38,918 bases of DNA from Mesotaenium endlicherianum (lineage: Eukaryota): positions 531,173 through 570,090 of the forward strand of contig WELA01000805.1 of NCBI GenBank assembly GCA_009602735.1, written 5' to 3'. The notes under the pieces are model-generated. The model was given only the letters and a program-made list of their open reading frames with translations, ran no database searches and was not told where the DNA came from. The translations under genes and the position numbers were made by a program. Position 1 is the first letter of the stretch, and the number at the start of each line of letters is the position of its first letter. Positions 1 to 10,268 of the stretch are shown one piece after another.

Positions 1-615
1 CCCTCTGCCACCACCACCCGTGGTTTGAGAACCCAGTTGGTCTTTGTCCCGCAGCAAAAACATTATGATACTTTTGTCATCCTGTTGGGACTGGTACATA
101 CTCGCCATTTGCGATTGCATCTGAACAAATAATGCTCCCAAATCCACACTCTGAGGTGGCAGTCTAGCAAATGTAGCAGAAGCATGGGCATCCATTCATT
201 CAGCAGTGTTCTCAACTGTCCCTCTCGCTCCTGCAGCAGCAATTCCTGCCGCATTGAGCCGGTCACAAATTTGACCTAGAGGCACAGTGGGCTGTACAGC
301 AGGTGGTGGGTTCAGAACATTGGCCCTTGATGCCATAAGTTCCTCGACAGTGCGCTCGTCCGCTGGCTGTCCCTCCCTCCTTTCTGTATCGTCAGCAACC
401 TTTGTTAATCAGACTCTTTTTTCTTCCGTCTGCTGTGCTGCGAGTGCGGCAATAGCAGCTGCCTCATCTGCAGCCTCTCTAGCTGCAGTATCTGCTACTG
501 CTTCAGATTAGGTACGAGTTCCCGCTACATAGCTTTTGGCCTGGTTTTTGACTTCCTCGTTATCCTGGTTTTCCATGTCTCGGGAATTGCTAGTTTGAGA
601 CCTTGTTCTTACCAT
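1..615 (-). pseudogene. gag: gag-like ORF remnant of LTR family A, running off the left edge of the window
   Basis: ATG at 615 lies about 20 nt downstream of a PBS. The frame reads MVRTRSQTSNSRDMENQDNEEVK... to base 1 with three in-frame stops (TAA, TGA, TGA). The gag call rests on position and the MVRTRS-type start, as no capsid motif is visible. Confidence 0.65.
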
Positions 616-635
616 ACAAGAAGATTGTGATAACT

Positions 636-647
636 GCTCCGATATCA
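636..647 (-). promoter_or_regulatory. Primer binding site (tRNA-iMet type) of family A element
   Basis: Minus strand reads TGATATCGGAGC, 1 nt after the LTR end ...TTTCA at 649. The canonical plant PBS is TGGTATCAGAGC. Confidence 0.75.
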
Positions 648-648
648 T

Positions 649-1093
649 TGAAATGAATCGACTTACCAATTAGGCGATTAACAATTAATGAAGATCTTTA
701 TATCAGCAAGTAATCTTTATGGTGTTTGTTGGCAATTGATTCAACAGCAAAAAGACAATACACTAGCAATAGACAATACTCGTAAGTCAAATGGAAGTAA
801 ACTAGCATCAATAATGCAATTAGTAAACTCACACATAAGTAAGACTAGGAGACTGTGCATATCAATGGCTTCTCGCCTTGGATTCAGATCTCTCTCCGTA
901 AACTGTACAAGAAAGTTGGCCTCATTTCCAAATGCCGAACTCGAGAGCAATTCCTAGCATATGTGCAGGAAATGAGTTGATTGGTCGACGGCAAGTGCGA
1001 TGGCACCGCCTACCCGGGAGTTAACCACGTTGGTAGGACCTCGGTTAACCAAATCCACCTCCATCTCCTTTCATCCCAAATCGCCAGCCATCC
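649..1093 (-). mobile_element. 5' LTR of family A element, truncated (U5/R side only)
   Basis: Colinear with 2485-2930 (e.g. GTAAACTAGCATCAATAATGCAAT, CCGAACTCGAGAGCAAT, GTTAACCACGTTGGTAGGACCTCGGTTAACCAAATCCAC). Similarity stops near 1093. Confidence 0.85.
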
Positions 1094-1094
1094 T

Positions 1095-1460
1095 AAGTTT
1101 GTGCAAGTCTTCTTGGATGATATTTTAATTTTCTCCAAAGATAAAGCTCAGCATGCTGAGCACTTAAAGACAGTCATGGGCACTCTGAGAAGAAATCAGT
1201 TATATGCTAAAAATGAGCAAGTGTGATTTCTTTGAGAGAAGTTTTGAATTCTTGGGCCACGTTGTCAGTAAAGAAGGCATCAGTGTGGATCCTAAGAAAG
1301 TCCAGACCATAAGGAATTGGCCAGTCTGCCTCTGAAGTTAGATCCTTCCTTGGGTTGGCTAACTACTATAGAAGATTTATTGAGAATTAGTCTACAGAGG
1401 CCAGTAAACTGACTGACCTTACTAAGAAGAACATAGGGTGTGGGGGGGAAAGAGCAGCAA
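1095..1460 (+). pseudogene. pol: Ty3/gypsy reverse transcriptase/connection fragment
   Basis: Reads [15 protein letters not shown]...LYAK, then after a frameshift MSKCDF..FLGHVVSKEGISVDPKKV..WP, then RSFLGLANYYRRFI..LTDL and WGGKEQQ. It is cut by the LTR at 1461. Confidence 0.9.
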
Positions 1461-1963
1461 TGTAGTGAAACAGATAGATAAAGTACTCAGTAAAATATAA
1501 TACTTTATCTATTCAAGACAAGGATCTTTGAACACAAGTGGTAGCTTCTTGAAAGAGAGATGACTTCTTGAAAGTTGATATATTTCTAGAATTTGGCACA
1601 AACAAGAGTGATTTTGAAATGCCTTTCTATGTTCTAGCTCTTGTTTATATACTTGCTACATAAGTTATTTCTAGAAAGGTGTATGTTGATGTGTTGGCAC
1701 CCAACACATCCCAAAACTTGCCACCTCTTTCCATAATAATGTACACATGTCCTTTTGACCTAAAAATGGCACATTTGACTTTTGCCACATGGAGTTCTTC
1801 TAGGTCTTTCCTCTAACTTCGAAAATGCCTTAGAAGGTTCAAAGGACATGAACCAAGTCACTAGAGTATCTACTTACACTTGACTTCACACAATACTACT
1901 CCAAATATATTCAAAAGCATTAAAGTATATGCCGACTAATATATTATAACTCAAATCACTACA
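1461..1963 (-). repeat. 3' LTR of family B
   Basis: TGTAGTGA...TCACTACA terminal inverted repeat, adjacent PPT, roughly 94% identical by eye to 19556-20058. Confidence 0.95.
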
Positions 1964-1974
1964 TCACCCCCTCC
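1964..1974 (-). promoter_or_regulatory. Polypurine tract of element B
   Basis: Minus strand GGAGGGGGTGA directly abuts the LTR start TGTAGTG. Confidence 0.85.
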
Positions 1975-3069
1975 ACAGAAAAAGCGACGTCTCGGCGCGT
2001 CTAGGCAGGTCTTACACATGTGGAGCAGACTAGGCAACAGCTTCAAGTCAGATGCCACACATATGAAGAGGATTAGTAAAAGGCGCCAAGTTAGGTGCTA
2101 CACATGTAGTGTAGACTAGGCAAGGTCGTGGGTGGTGTGACCTTATTGGCTAGCCTACTCCTTGATGATAAAGAAAATTGTAGAAGTTGGCCCCGAATCT
2201 GCCACAAATTCAAAAATTCATAGCGTTTACAGAACCGCTTCAAATCTAAAAATTCTAAAGCCAGACAAAGCGCGTTACAGAACTCTACTAGGTCACCAAA
2301 TTTGAGAGCATTCTTGTTTCTGGAGTGTCGTTGGGAGCTGAGAGAGTAGGCACTCCTCCAAATCTGTGCAGAAACTTTTGAAAATCCTAAGTCCTTCTAT
2401 ACTTCAAATTGTGCAAAGCAGAGCTTTCCAAGTTCAGGGGAGGGCACATTGTCAGAAAGCATATTCTGCCCTAATAATGCCAGCTGAAATGAATTGACTT
2501 ACCAAATAGGAGAATAACAATTAATAAAGATCTTTATGGATTTTCCGTTAACTGGTTAAACGGCAAAAGAACAACACACTAGCAATGAACAACACTCGTA
2601 AATCACATGCAAGTAAACTAGCATCAATAATGCAATCAGTAAACTCATACATAAGCAAGGTTAGAAGACAGTGCGTGTCAATGGCTTCTCGCCTTAGATT
2701 CAGATCTCTCTCAGTAAGCTGTACAAGAGAGTTGGCCTCGTTTCCGAATGCCGAACTCGAGAGCAATGCCTAGCATATGTACATGGAATGAGTTTACTGT
2801 TCAACGGTCAATGCGATGGCACCGCCTACCCGAGAGTTAACCACGTTGGTAGGACCTCGGTTAACCAAATCCACCGCCATCTCCAATCATCTCGAATCAC
2901 CATCCATCATAGGGATGTCATCTGGCCATTCATCTAGCATACCACACTTAGATGCATATCGAGGCAGTTCGCTGCTACCGAGTACGGAAGTCAGTGGCTG
3001 TCAAAGAATGTGTCAGCAAGCTGACTTGAGCTGACTTCAGCCTGCTGCATCCGACTGAGTCATTAAACT

Positions 3070-3813
3070 TGTAAGGTCATAGGTTTATAAAGTGCATTTT
3101 TGAGTTTCATGAAAGTATGTCTTGATTGTATAGTAGTGTAGAGTGCATTATTGTGGTCATTTTGATATAAGGTTGATCGAATTTGGTCAAGTATTGAGAG
3201 AGTTATGGATTTCCGAAGTTTAATTAGTTTTGAAATCGGTTGACTACTGTCCTTAATTTGCGGTGAGCGCGACCGCCGGAATGATTGACAGTGTCGAGCG
3301 ATCTGGCCCGTTAGAATGAACTCGAACCTTTACGTAAGTTCGGCTGAGGCGGAGTGCCGACTAGGTCGATTTACCTAGAAGTTTCGGTTTAGCCTAGCGC
3401 GTCTAAGATAGAATATTCTAGTAATGTCGATGCATGTATGTGGACGTCAATTCGGCCCGACACGTCAGATTAGACTGATCTGGCTTACTCACGAATATTC
3501 TGGAAGGGACGATTTGACGAACACTTAGGAAAATCCGTAGCTTCCTCCTAGGGAGGAGCACTTAGGCAGAAAATTATAAATAGGCATAACTTCTTTGTTT
3601 CTTATCAGTTTTCACTTCTGTAAATTTCTACGGGTTTGTAATGACAAGGCCTTTCATCCTACATCATTTGTGAGCAGTTTCTTGCTACTCAAAATGTTGA
3701 GTATTTTTCCTAAGCTTTGTTAGTGATATGCCGCTGCACTCTCTAGTATGATGGCAACTAGTTCCTTTCCTCGTGAGTCACTACGCTTCCACTAGGGCAC
3801 TTTGCCCCTTTCA
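3070..3813 (+). repeat. 5' LTR of element C
   Basis: Direct repeat of 6273-7016 and 9204-9947. TATA-like TATAAATA near 3575. Confidence 0.97.
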
Positions 3814-3815
3814 TC

Positions 3816-3827
3816 TGGTATCGGAGC
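3816..3827 (+). promoter_or_regulatory. Primer binding site (tRNA-iMet type) of element C
   Basis: TGGTATCGGAGC, 2 nt after the LTR end. Confidence 0.9.
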
Positions 3828-3850
3828 AGGGCTAGTTTGCATATTATATT

Positions 3851-4882
3851 ATGGAGTCGCAGCCGGCAGCTGGAGGAGGCGAACATGTCGAGCATGTTGA
3901 GCGCGCGGGGCAGCAGGCAGCACCAACAATGACCAGAGAGCAACAAAAGATGCAGGCGATGCTAAGACAAATGGCAAATGCAATTGGAGGAGAAGTCTAC
4001 ATCCAATTTCAACAAAATATGCACGCGGAGGTGGAGAGAATGGTGCGAGTTGTTGTTGCAAACGCCGCTTCGACGAGTTCGGCACCTGCACCTGTTGTGC
4101 CACCGATTCATGTTAACCCAGTGGTGCAACCAGTTATTCCACCCGCATCAGGAGTGCGTGCGCCTAAGCCTGAAGTTTATACTGGAGAGCGTGGATCGCC
4201 GCCTGTTCATCAGTGGATTTTTGGAGTGAAGAAATTTATGGAGTATTCTGCGCTCACGCCCGACAGGCAAGTCGCCTTTGTCATAACTTTGCTGCAGAAG
4301 AGTGCTGGAGCTTGGTATGAACGAGAAGAGCAGCTGTCTGGAGTTCCTGCTACTGTTGATCAGCTATTTGAAGGCTTGAAGAGGCAATTTCAACCTATTG
4401 CACCCGAGGCTACCGCTCGAGATCTATTGGTGCGCCTTCGTCAACGAGGAAGCGTTCAGGAGTATGTATCGCGCTTCAACGAGCTGGTGCTTCAATGTCC
4501 ATCCATGCACGAGTCGGAGATGATGGACAAGTTCAAGAGGGGACTCAAGCCAACTGTGGCCAAGGAAGTGGCGCTCAAGGACCCTACCAGTCTTGGAGAA
4601 ATGATGGCATTGGCAACAAGGGTCGACGCTGTGGAGTATAGTCAGAGGCAGTGGGGCAGCCACAACTTTGGAGGATATCGACACTTTGGATCTCAAGCGC
4701 CAAGCACGAGTGTTCAAGGTCCAGTACCCATGGAGTTGGGACTTGTGCAGTACCAGCGCAGGCAGCAGAATTTCAAGCCGAGAGGACCGTGCTATAGTTG
4801 CGGCAAGCTTGGACATCTGGCTCGAGACTGTCATGTGAAGGCGAAGCAACCTCAACAGCAGGAAAAAGGAGGACGCCAGTAA
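3851..4882 (+). CDS. gag: Gag of element C (343 aa, intact)
   Basis: Retrotransposon capsid-like motifs (PKPEVYTG, LRQRGSVQEYVSRF, FKRGLK, GPVPMELG) and CCHC zinc knuckle CYSCGKLGHLARDC. Confidence 0.95.
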   Translation: MESQPAAGGGEHVEHVERAGQQAAPTMTREQQKMQAMLRQMANAIGGEVYIQFQQNMHAEVERMVRVVVANAASTSSAPAPVVPPIHVNPVVQPVIPPASGVRAPKPEVYTGERGSPPVHQWIFGVKKFMEYSALTPDRQVAFVITLLQKSAGAWYEREEQLSGVPATVDQLFEGLKRQFQPIAPEATARDLLVRLRQRGSVQEYVSRFNELVLQCPSMHESEMMDKFKRGLKPTVAKEVALKDPTSLGEMMALATRVDAVEYSQRQWGSHNFGGYRHFGSQAPSTSVQGPVPMELGLVQYQRRQQNFKPRGPCYSCGKLGHLARDCHVKAKQPQQQEKGGRQ

Positions 4883-6272
4883 GTCGTTCTGGGGTGTCTA
4901 CTGGCGTGAAGACGAGAACTCACAAGGAGGTTATCCCCAGGAGCCTGCCGAGAAGCAAAGGACGAGACGTTGACAAGCCTATCATCGTGGAAGGAGTGGT
5001 CGACGGCAACAATGCGAAGTGTATGGTCGACAGTGGCGCAAGTGCAAACTTTGTGCACAAGAAGCTGGTGAAAGAGTGGCGAATCCCTGTGCAGAAGCAT
5101 TATGAGCCTAAGGAGGCAATTTTGGCAAATGGGCAGAGACTCAAGTGTGGTGCACCTACGGAAGCTATTCACGTGGAAGTAGCGGGGCACCGGAGTAAGG
5201 AAGTTATGGAGCAGGCAGAGTTGGGTCACCATGAGGTGATATTGGGCCGACCATGGCTAAGGAAAGCCAACCCTCAAGTGCACTGGAGCACAGGACAAGT
5301 GAAAGTCCAAGGGCGTGATGGTCGAATGGAGACAGCGAAACAGGTGGAGGTAGATACGACCACAAGTAACTGTCTTCTGTCGAGCCTGCAAGTTAAGAAG
5401 CTATGCAGGGCGAATCAGGTGAAGGAGATGTACCTTGTTTCGGTGGCCCTGGCCAGGTCATCAGATGGAGCAAGCGTGAATCCTAACAGCCTGGGCGAAT
5501 GTACATCGCCGGAGGAGCAAGTAGTGGTTTCTGATCCCCTTGCTCAGAAGGAGCAGAGCCCAATTGCTCAAGAGAAGATGCCTGCCCAAATTAAGGTGCT
5601 GTTGGAGGAGTTCAAGAACGTATTTCCTGAGGAGCTACCTACAGGATTACCTCCACAAACAGCTATGGAGCACAAGATCGAGTTGGAACCAGGGAGCAAG
5701 CCACCAGTGAGACCCGCCTATCGACAATCGTTTGCGGAGTTGGATGAGTTGAAGAAACAACTGACATAGTTGTTGGAGAAGGGATTCATCCGACCCAGCG
5801 AGTCTCTATTTGCAGCGCCAGTCTTATTTGTGAGAAAGAAGGATGGGACTATGAGGATGTGTGTCAACTACCGGGCACTCAACAAGGTCACCATAAAGAA
5901 CAGGTACCCACTTCCACGAGTGGACGAGTTGATTGACAGGCTTGTCGGGGCGAAGTATTTCTCGAAGATTGATTTGAGGAGTGGCTATCACCAGGTACGG
6001 ATTGCGGAAGGAGACGTTCAGAAGACTGCTTTCAGGACTCGCTATGGTTTGTTCGAGTTCACANTAGTCATGCGTTTTGGATTGACTAATGCACCTGCTA
6101 CATTCATGGGACTCATGAATAGTATCTTCAGACCCTACTTGGACCAGTTTGTGGTGGTATTTTTGGACGACATCCTGATCTATTTGAAGACCTTGGAAGA
6201 GCATGTGGAGCATCTGAGGAAGGTGTTGGAGGTCTTGAGAGATCAGAAGCTTTATGGGAAGATGAGCAAGTG

Positions 6273-7016
6273 TGTAAGGTCATAGGTTTATAAAGTGCAT
6301 TTTTGAGTTTCATGAAAGTATGTTTTGATTGTATAGTAGTGTAGAGTGCATTATTGTGGTCATTTTGATATAAAGTTCATCGAATTTGGTCAAGTATTGA
6401 GAGAGTTACGGATTTCTGAAGTTTAATTAGTTTTGAGGTCGGTCGACGACTGTCCTTAATTCGCGGTGAGCGCGACCGTCAGATTGACCGACAGCGTCGA
6501 GCGATCTGGCCCGTTAGAATGAGCTCGAACCTTCACGTAAGTTCGGCTGACGCGGAGTGCCGGCTAGGTCGATTTACCTAGAAGTTTCGGTTTAGCCTAG
6601 CGCGTCTAAGATAGAATATTCTAGTAATATCGATGCATGTATGTGGACGTCAATTCGGCCCGACACGTCAGATTAGACTGATCTGGCTTACTCACGAATA
6701 TTCTGGAAGGGACGATTTGACGAACACTTAGGAAAATCCGTAGCTTCCTCCTAGGGAGGAGCACTTAGGCAGAAAATTATAAATAGGCATAACTTCTTTG
6801 TTTCTTATCAGTTTTTACTTTTGTAAATTTCTACGAGTTTGTAATGACAAGGCCTTTCATCCTACATCGTTTGTGAGCAGTTTCTTGCCACTCAAATTGT
6901 CAAGTAATTTTCCTAAGCTTTCTTAGCAATATGCCGCTGCACTCTTGAGTATGATTGCAACTAGCTTTGTTCCTCGTGAGTCACTATGCTTCCACTAGAG
7001 CACTTTGCCCCTTTCA
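6273..7016 (+). mobile_element. Solo LTR of family C inserted in the RT of element C
   Basis: Third 744-bp LTR copy with TSD AAGTG (6268-6272, 7017-7021), no PPT before and no PBS after. Removing it restores KMSKC-DFCLNEVKFLGH. Confidence 0.96.
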
Positions 7017-9192
7017 AAGTGCGACTTCTGTCTCAATGAAGTCAAATTTCTTGGACATGTAGTGGGAGCTGAAGGAGTCAAGGTGGAGCAGAAGAAGGTG
7101 CAAGCAGTCGAAGATTGGCCGGTGCCTGCTGATATTCATCAACTTAGGAGTTTCCTCGACATGGCGAATTATTACCGACGTTTCATTGAAGGATTTGCCA
7201 AGATGTGTGCACCGCTCACGGACATGTTGAAGAAGCAGGAGAAGTGGCTATGGGGTGACAAGGAGCAGCAAGCCTTCGAGAAGATTAAAGAGCTGTTAAC
7301 ACAGGCACCTGTGTTGGCAATTGCCAGTCCAGAGCTTCCTTTCACCATCATCACGGACGCATCAAACTTTGCAGTGGGAGCCATTCTTCTCCAGGACCAG
7401 GGCAAAGGATTGCAGCCTGTGGCATATGAGAGCAGAAAGTTGAGTCCTGCGAAGCAGAACTATGCAGCACACGAGCGAGAGATGTTGGCTATTATCCAGG
7501 CTTTGAGGATTTGGCAATGTTATGTGGACGGCCGGAAGGTGTTCATCAAGACCGACCACAAGAGCTTGGAGAAGTTTATGACGCAACCAACGTTGACACC
7601 AAGACAGGCAAGGTGGATGGAGTTTGTGCAACAGTTCGACCACAAGATTGAGTATTTCCCTAGGAAGATCAACCCTGCAGACGCTTTATCCAGGAGGTGT
7701 GACCTTGCAGCTGTCTCAGTCATCAAGGAGAATATGGACTTCAAGGAGAAGCTTCAGAGAGGTTATGAGGAGGACCCAGAGTTTGCTGATGGTGGAGCAG
7801 CGGAGTTCAACGCGAGTATGCAGAAGAAGGACGGCATATGGTATTATGGTGATATAAACAGAGTGGTGGTACCTGACATCAAGGAGCTACGAGACGTACT
7901 ACTTGCGGAGCATTTTGACTGCTTATATGCTGGACACTTTGGAAGCGAGAAGACGGCAAGCGTGCTGAAGCGAGGGTACTATTGGAGAAATATGGACAAG
8001 GACATCGAGGAGTGGATCAGGAGTTGTGACGCGTGCCAGAGAAACAAGACACCAAATCAAAAGAAGGGAGGTACATTGCAGCCCCTGCCTATTCCAGAGT
8101 ATCCCTGGGGGCAGATTGCTATGGACTTCATCACATCGTTACCAGTCAGTGGTCAAGGGCACGATGCAGTATGGGTTGTGTTTGACAGACTCAGCAAGAT
8201 GGCTCACTTCATTCCCATGAAGGAGACTTCTACGGCAGCGGATGTGGCACGGCTATTCTTTGATCATATTTTCAGGCTACATGGGTTGCCGAAAGTGATC
8301 GTTTCAGATCGGGATCCAAGGTTCACTAGCAACTTTTGGCGGTCGTTGTTTACTTTGATGGGGACCAAGCTGAGTATGAGCACTTCCTATCATCCTCAGA
8401 CAGACGGGCAGAGTGAGAGGCTCAACAGAATTCTGCAAGAGGTGCTCAGGAGTTTCACTATGGGGGACCCTTCAGAGTGGGACAAGAAGTTGCCAGGACT
8501 TTAGTTTGCCTACTACAACAGCATGCAGGGATCGACCAAGCAGTCACCATTCGCTATGATTTATGGGAGAGAAGTATATCATCCAGGGAACATCTTGTTG
8601 GAGAATGCCAGGGAGACTCAGGTTCCTACTACACAAGCTTTTATGGAGCAGATGCCCAAGACTTGGCACATGGCGAAGACGTGTATTTGGAAGGCACAGG
8701 AAGAGCAGGTCAAGCATGCTAACAAGCACAGGAGGGAAGTGACATTCCATGTGGGCGACAAAGTACTTTTGTCCACAGAGAACCTACCTTTCACAAGCAA
8801 GAGGAAACTGCGGGCACGGTTTACAGGTCCCTTTGTAGTGCTCGAGCAGGTGAATGCAGTGGCCTACAAGTTGGAACTGCCTTCAGGCTGGCGTATCCAT
8901 GATGTGTTCCATGTCAGTTGTCTGCGGCCATACGTTGACCCGAATGAAGGACATCCAGGACGACTACCTACACCGCCACCACCGGTCGAGATCGATGATG
9001 TATTGGAGTATGAAGTGGAGGCGATTGTTGGCGATCGACGAGTCAAGCGAGGTCAACGATTTGTCCAAGAGTATCTGGTCAAGTGGAAAGGCTACCATGC
9101 GGACGACAACACTTGGGAGCCAGAGGCCAACTTGACTCATTGTAAGAGTAAGTTGAGACGTTATTTGCAGAATGCGTCGAGGACGCTGCATC

Positions 9193-9203
9193 TTGGGGGA
9201 TGA
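9193..9203 (+). promoter_or_regulatory. Polypurine tract of element C (overlaps the pol stop codon)
   Basis: TTGGGGGATGA immediately before the LTR start TGTAAGG at 9204. Confidence 0.8.
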
Positions 9204-9947
9204 TGTAAGGTCATAGGTTTATAAAGTGCATTTTTGAGTTTCATGAAAGTATGTTTTGATTGTATAGTAGTGTAAAGTGCATTCTTGTGGTCATTTTGAT
9301 ATGAAGTTCATCGAATTTGGTCAAGTATTGAGAGAGTTATGGATTTCCGAAGTTTAATTAGTTTTGAGGTCGGGTGACGACTGTCCTTAATTCGCGGTGA
9401 GCACGACCGTCGGATTGACCGACAGCGTCGAGCGATCTGGCACGTTAGAATGAACTCGAACCTTCACGTAAGTCCGGCTGACGCGAAGTGCCGACTAGGT
9501 CAATTTACCTAGAAGTTTCGGTTTAGCCTAGCGCGTCTAAGATAGAATATTCTAGTAATGTCGATGCATGTATGCGGACGTCAATTCGGCCCGACACGTC
9601 AGATTAGACTGATCTGGCTTACTCACGAATATTCTGGAAGGGACAATTTGACGAACACTTAGGAAAATCCGTAGCTTCCTCCTAGGGAGGAGCACTTAGG
9701 CAGAAAATTATAAATAGGCATAACTTCCCTGTTTCTTATTAGTTTTCACTTCTGTAAATTTCTACGGGTTTGAAATGACAAGGCCTTTCATCCCACATCA
9801 TTTGTGAGCAGTTTCTTGCTACTCAAAATGTTGAGTATTTTTCCTAAGCTTTGTTAGTGATATACCGCTGCACTCTCTAGGATGATGGCAACTAGTTCCT
9901 TTCCTCGTGAGTCACTACGCTTCCACTAGGGCACTTTACCCCTTTCA
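9204..9947 (+). repeat. 3' LTR of element C
   Basis: Direct repeat of 3070-3813, followed by TSD AAACT. Confidence 0.97.
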
Positions 9948-10268
9948 AAACTGATGCTAAATATATAAAGTCCAGCAGACTGACTATTAACTAAAGTTCA
10001 GCAGGCTTAACTTATTTTACTATTACATTTAAATGAATATTGTATCTACTAATATACTGATTCATTACACCAGCGGCCAGACCCCCTTCTACTCACAGCA
10101 TGATATCTCTCTGACCACGGCTCCAAATTGAGCAAACTTGGACTCTAAATGAATGGCTACTCATGGAATACAGCGAGGTAAATTTTCAAAATTTATGATG
10201 GAGAGACCTATCACGAGTAGCAGTTTTACTTTTTTCCAAAAACTGTGAGAAGAGAAGAGTGTCTAATG

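Larger units (their letters stand above)
4861..9203 (+). pseudogene. pol: Pol of element C (PR-RT-RNase H-integrase-chromodomain), in the -1 frame relative to gag, disrupted
   Basis: Protease [15 protein letters not shown] and FLDD; RNase H TDAS, ELA-type EMLAI and TDH; integrase GHFG..C..C, MDF, SDRDPRF, GQSER; chromodomain YEVEAI..YLVKWKGY..NTWEP. Stops at 5767-5769 and 8502-8504, solo LTR at 6273-7016, one N at 6064. Confidence 0.95.
3070..9947 (+). mobile_element. Full-length Ty3/gypsy chromovirus element C
   Basis: 744-bp LTRs TGTAAG...TTTCA, TSD AAACT (3065-3069, 9948-9952), PBS, intact gag, pol with PR-RT-RH-INT-chromodomain, PPT. Confidence 0.97.
2485..10069 (-). mobile_element. Solo LTR of family A (about 702 bp: 2485-3069 plus 9953-10069), split by element C
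   Basis: TGAAA...TTACA termini, 5-bp TSD CCAGC at 2480-2484 and 10070-10074, homologous to 649-1093, which sets the orientation. Confidence 0.92.

Noticed and set aside
688..3034. Repeated short ORFs at 688-957, 741-950, 2548-2766 and 2585-2773
   Set aside because: They lie in LTR-A copies, so their similarity reflects the repeat and not a gene family.
3070..9947. Two tandem elements sharing a central LTR
   Set aside because: The middle LTR has its own TSD, no PBS or PPT, and splits one continuous RT frame.
10070..10090. Apparent PPT (GAAGGGGG on the minus strand) suggesting LTR-A is the 3' LTR of the adjacent pol
   Set aside because: The CCAGC TSD shows LTR-A is a solo insertion. The real PPT abuts LTR-B at 1964.
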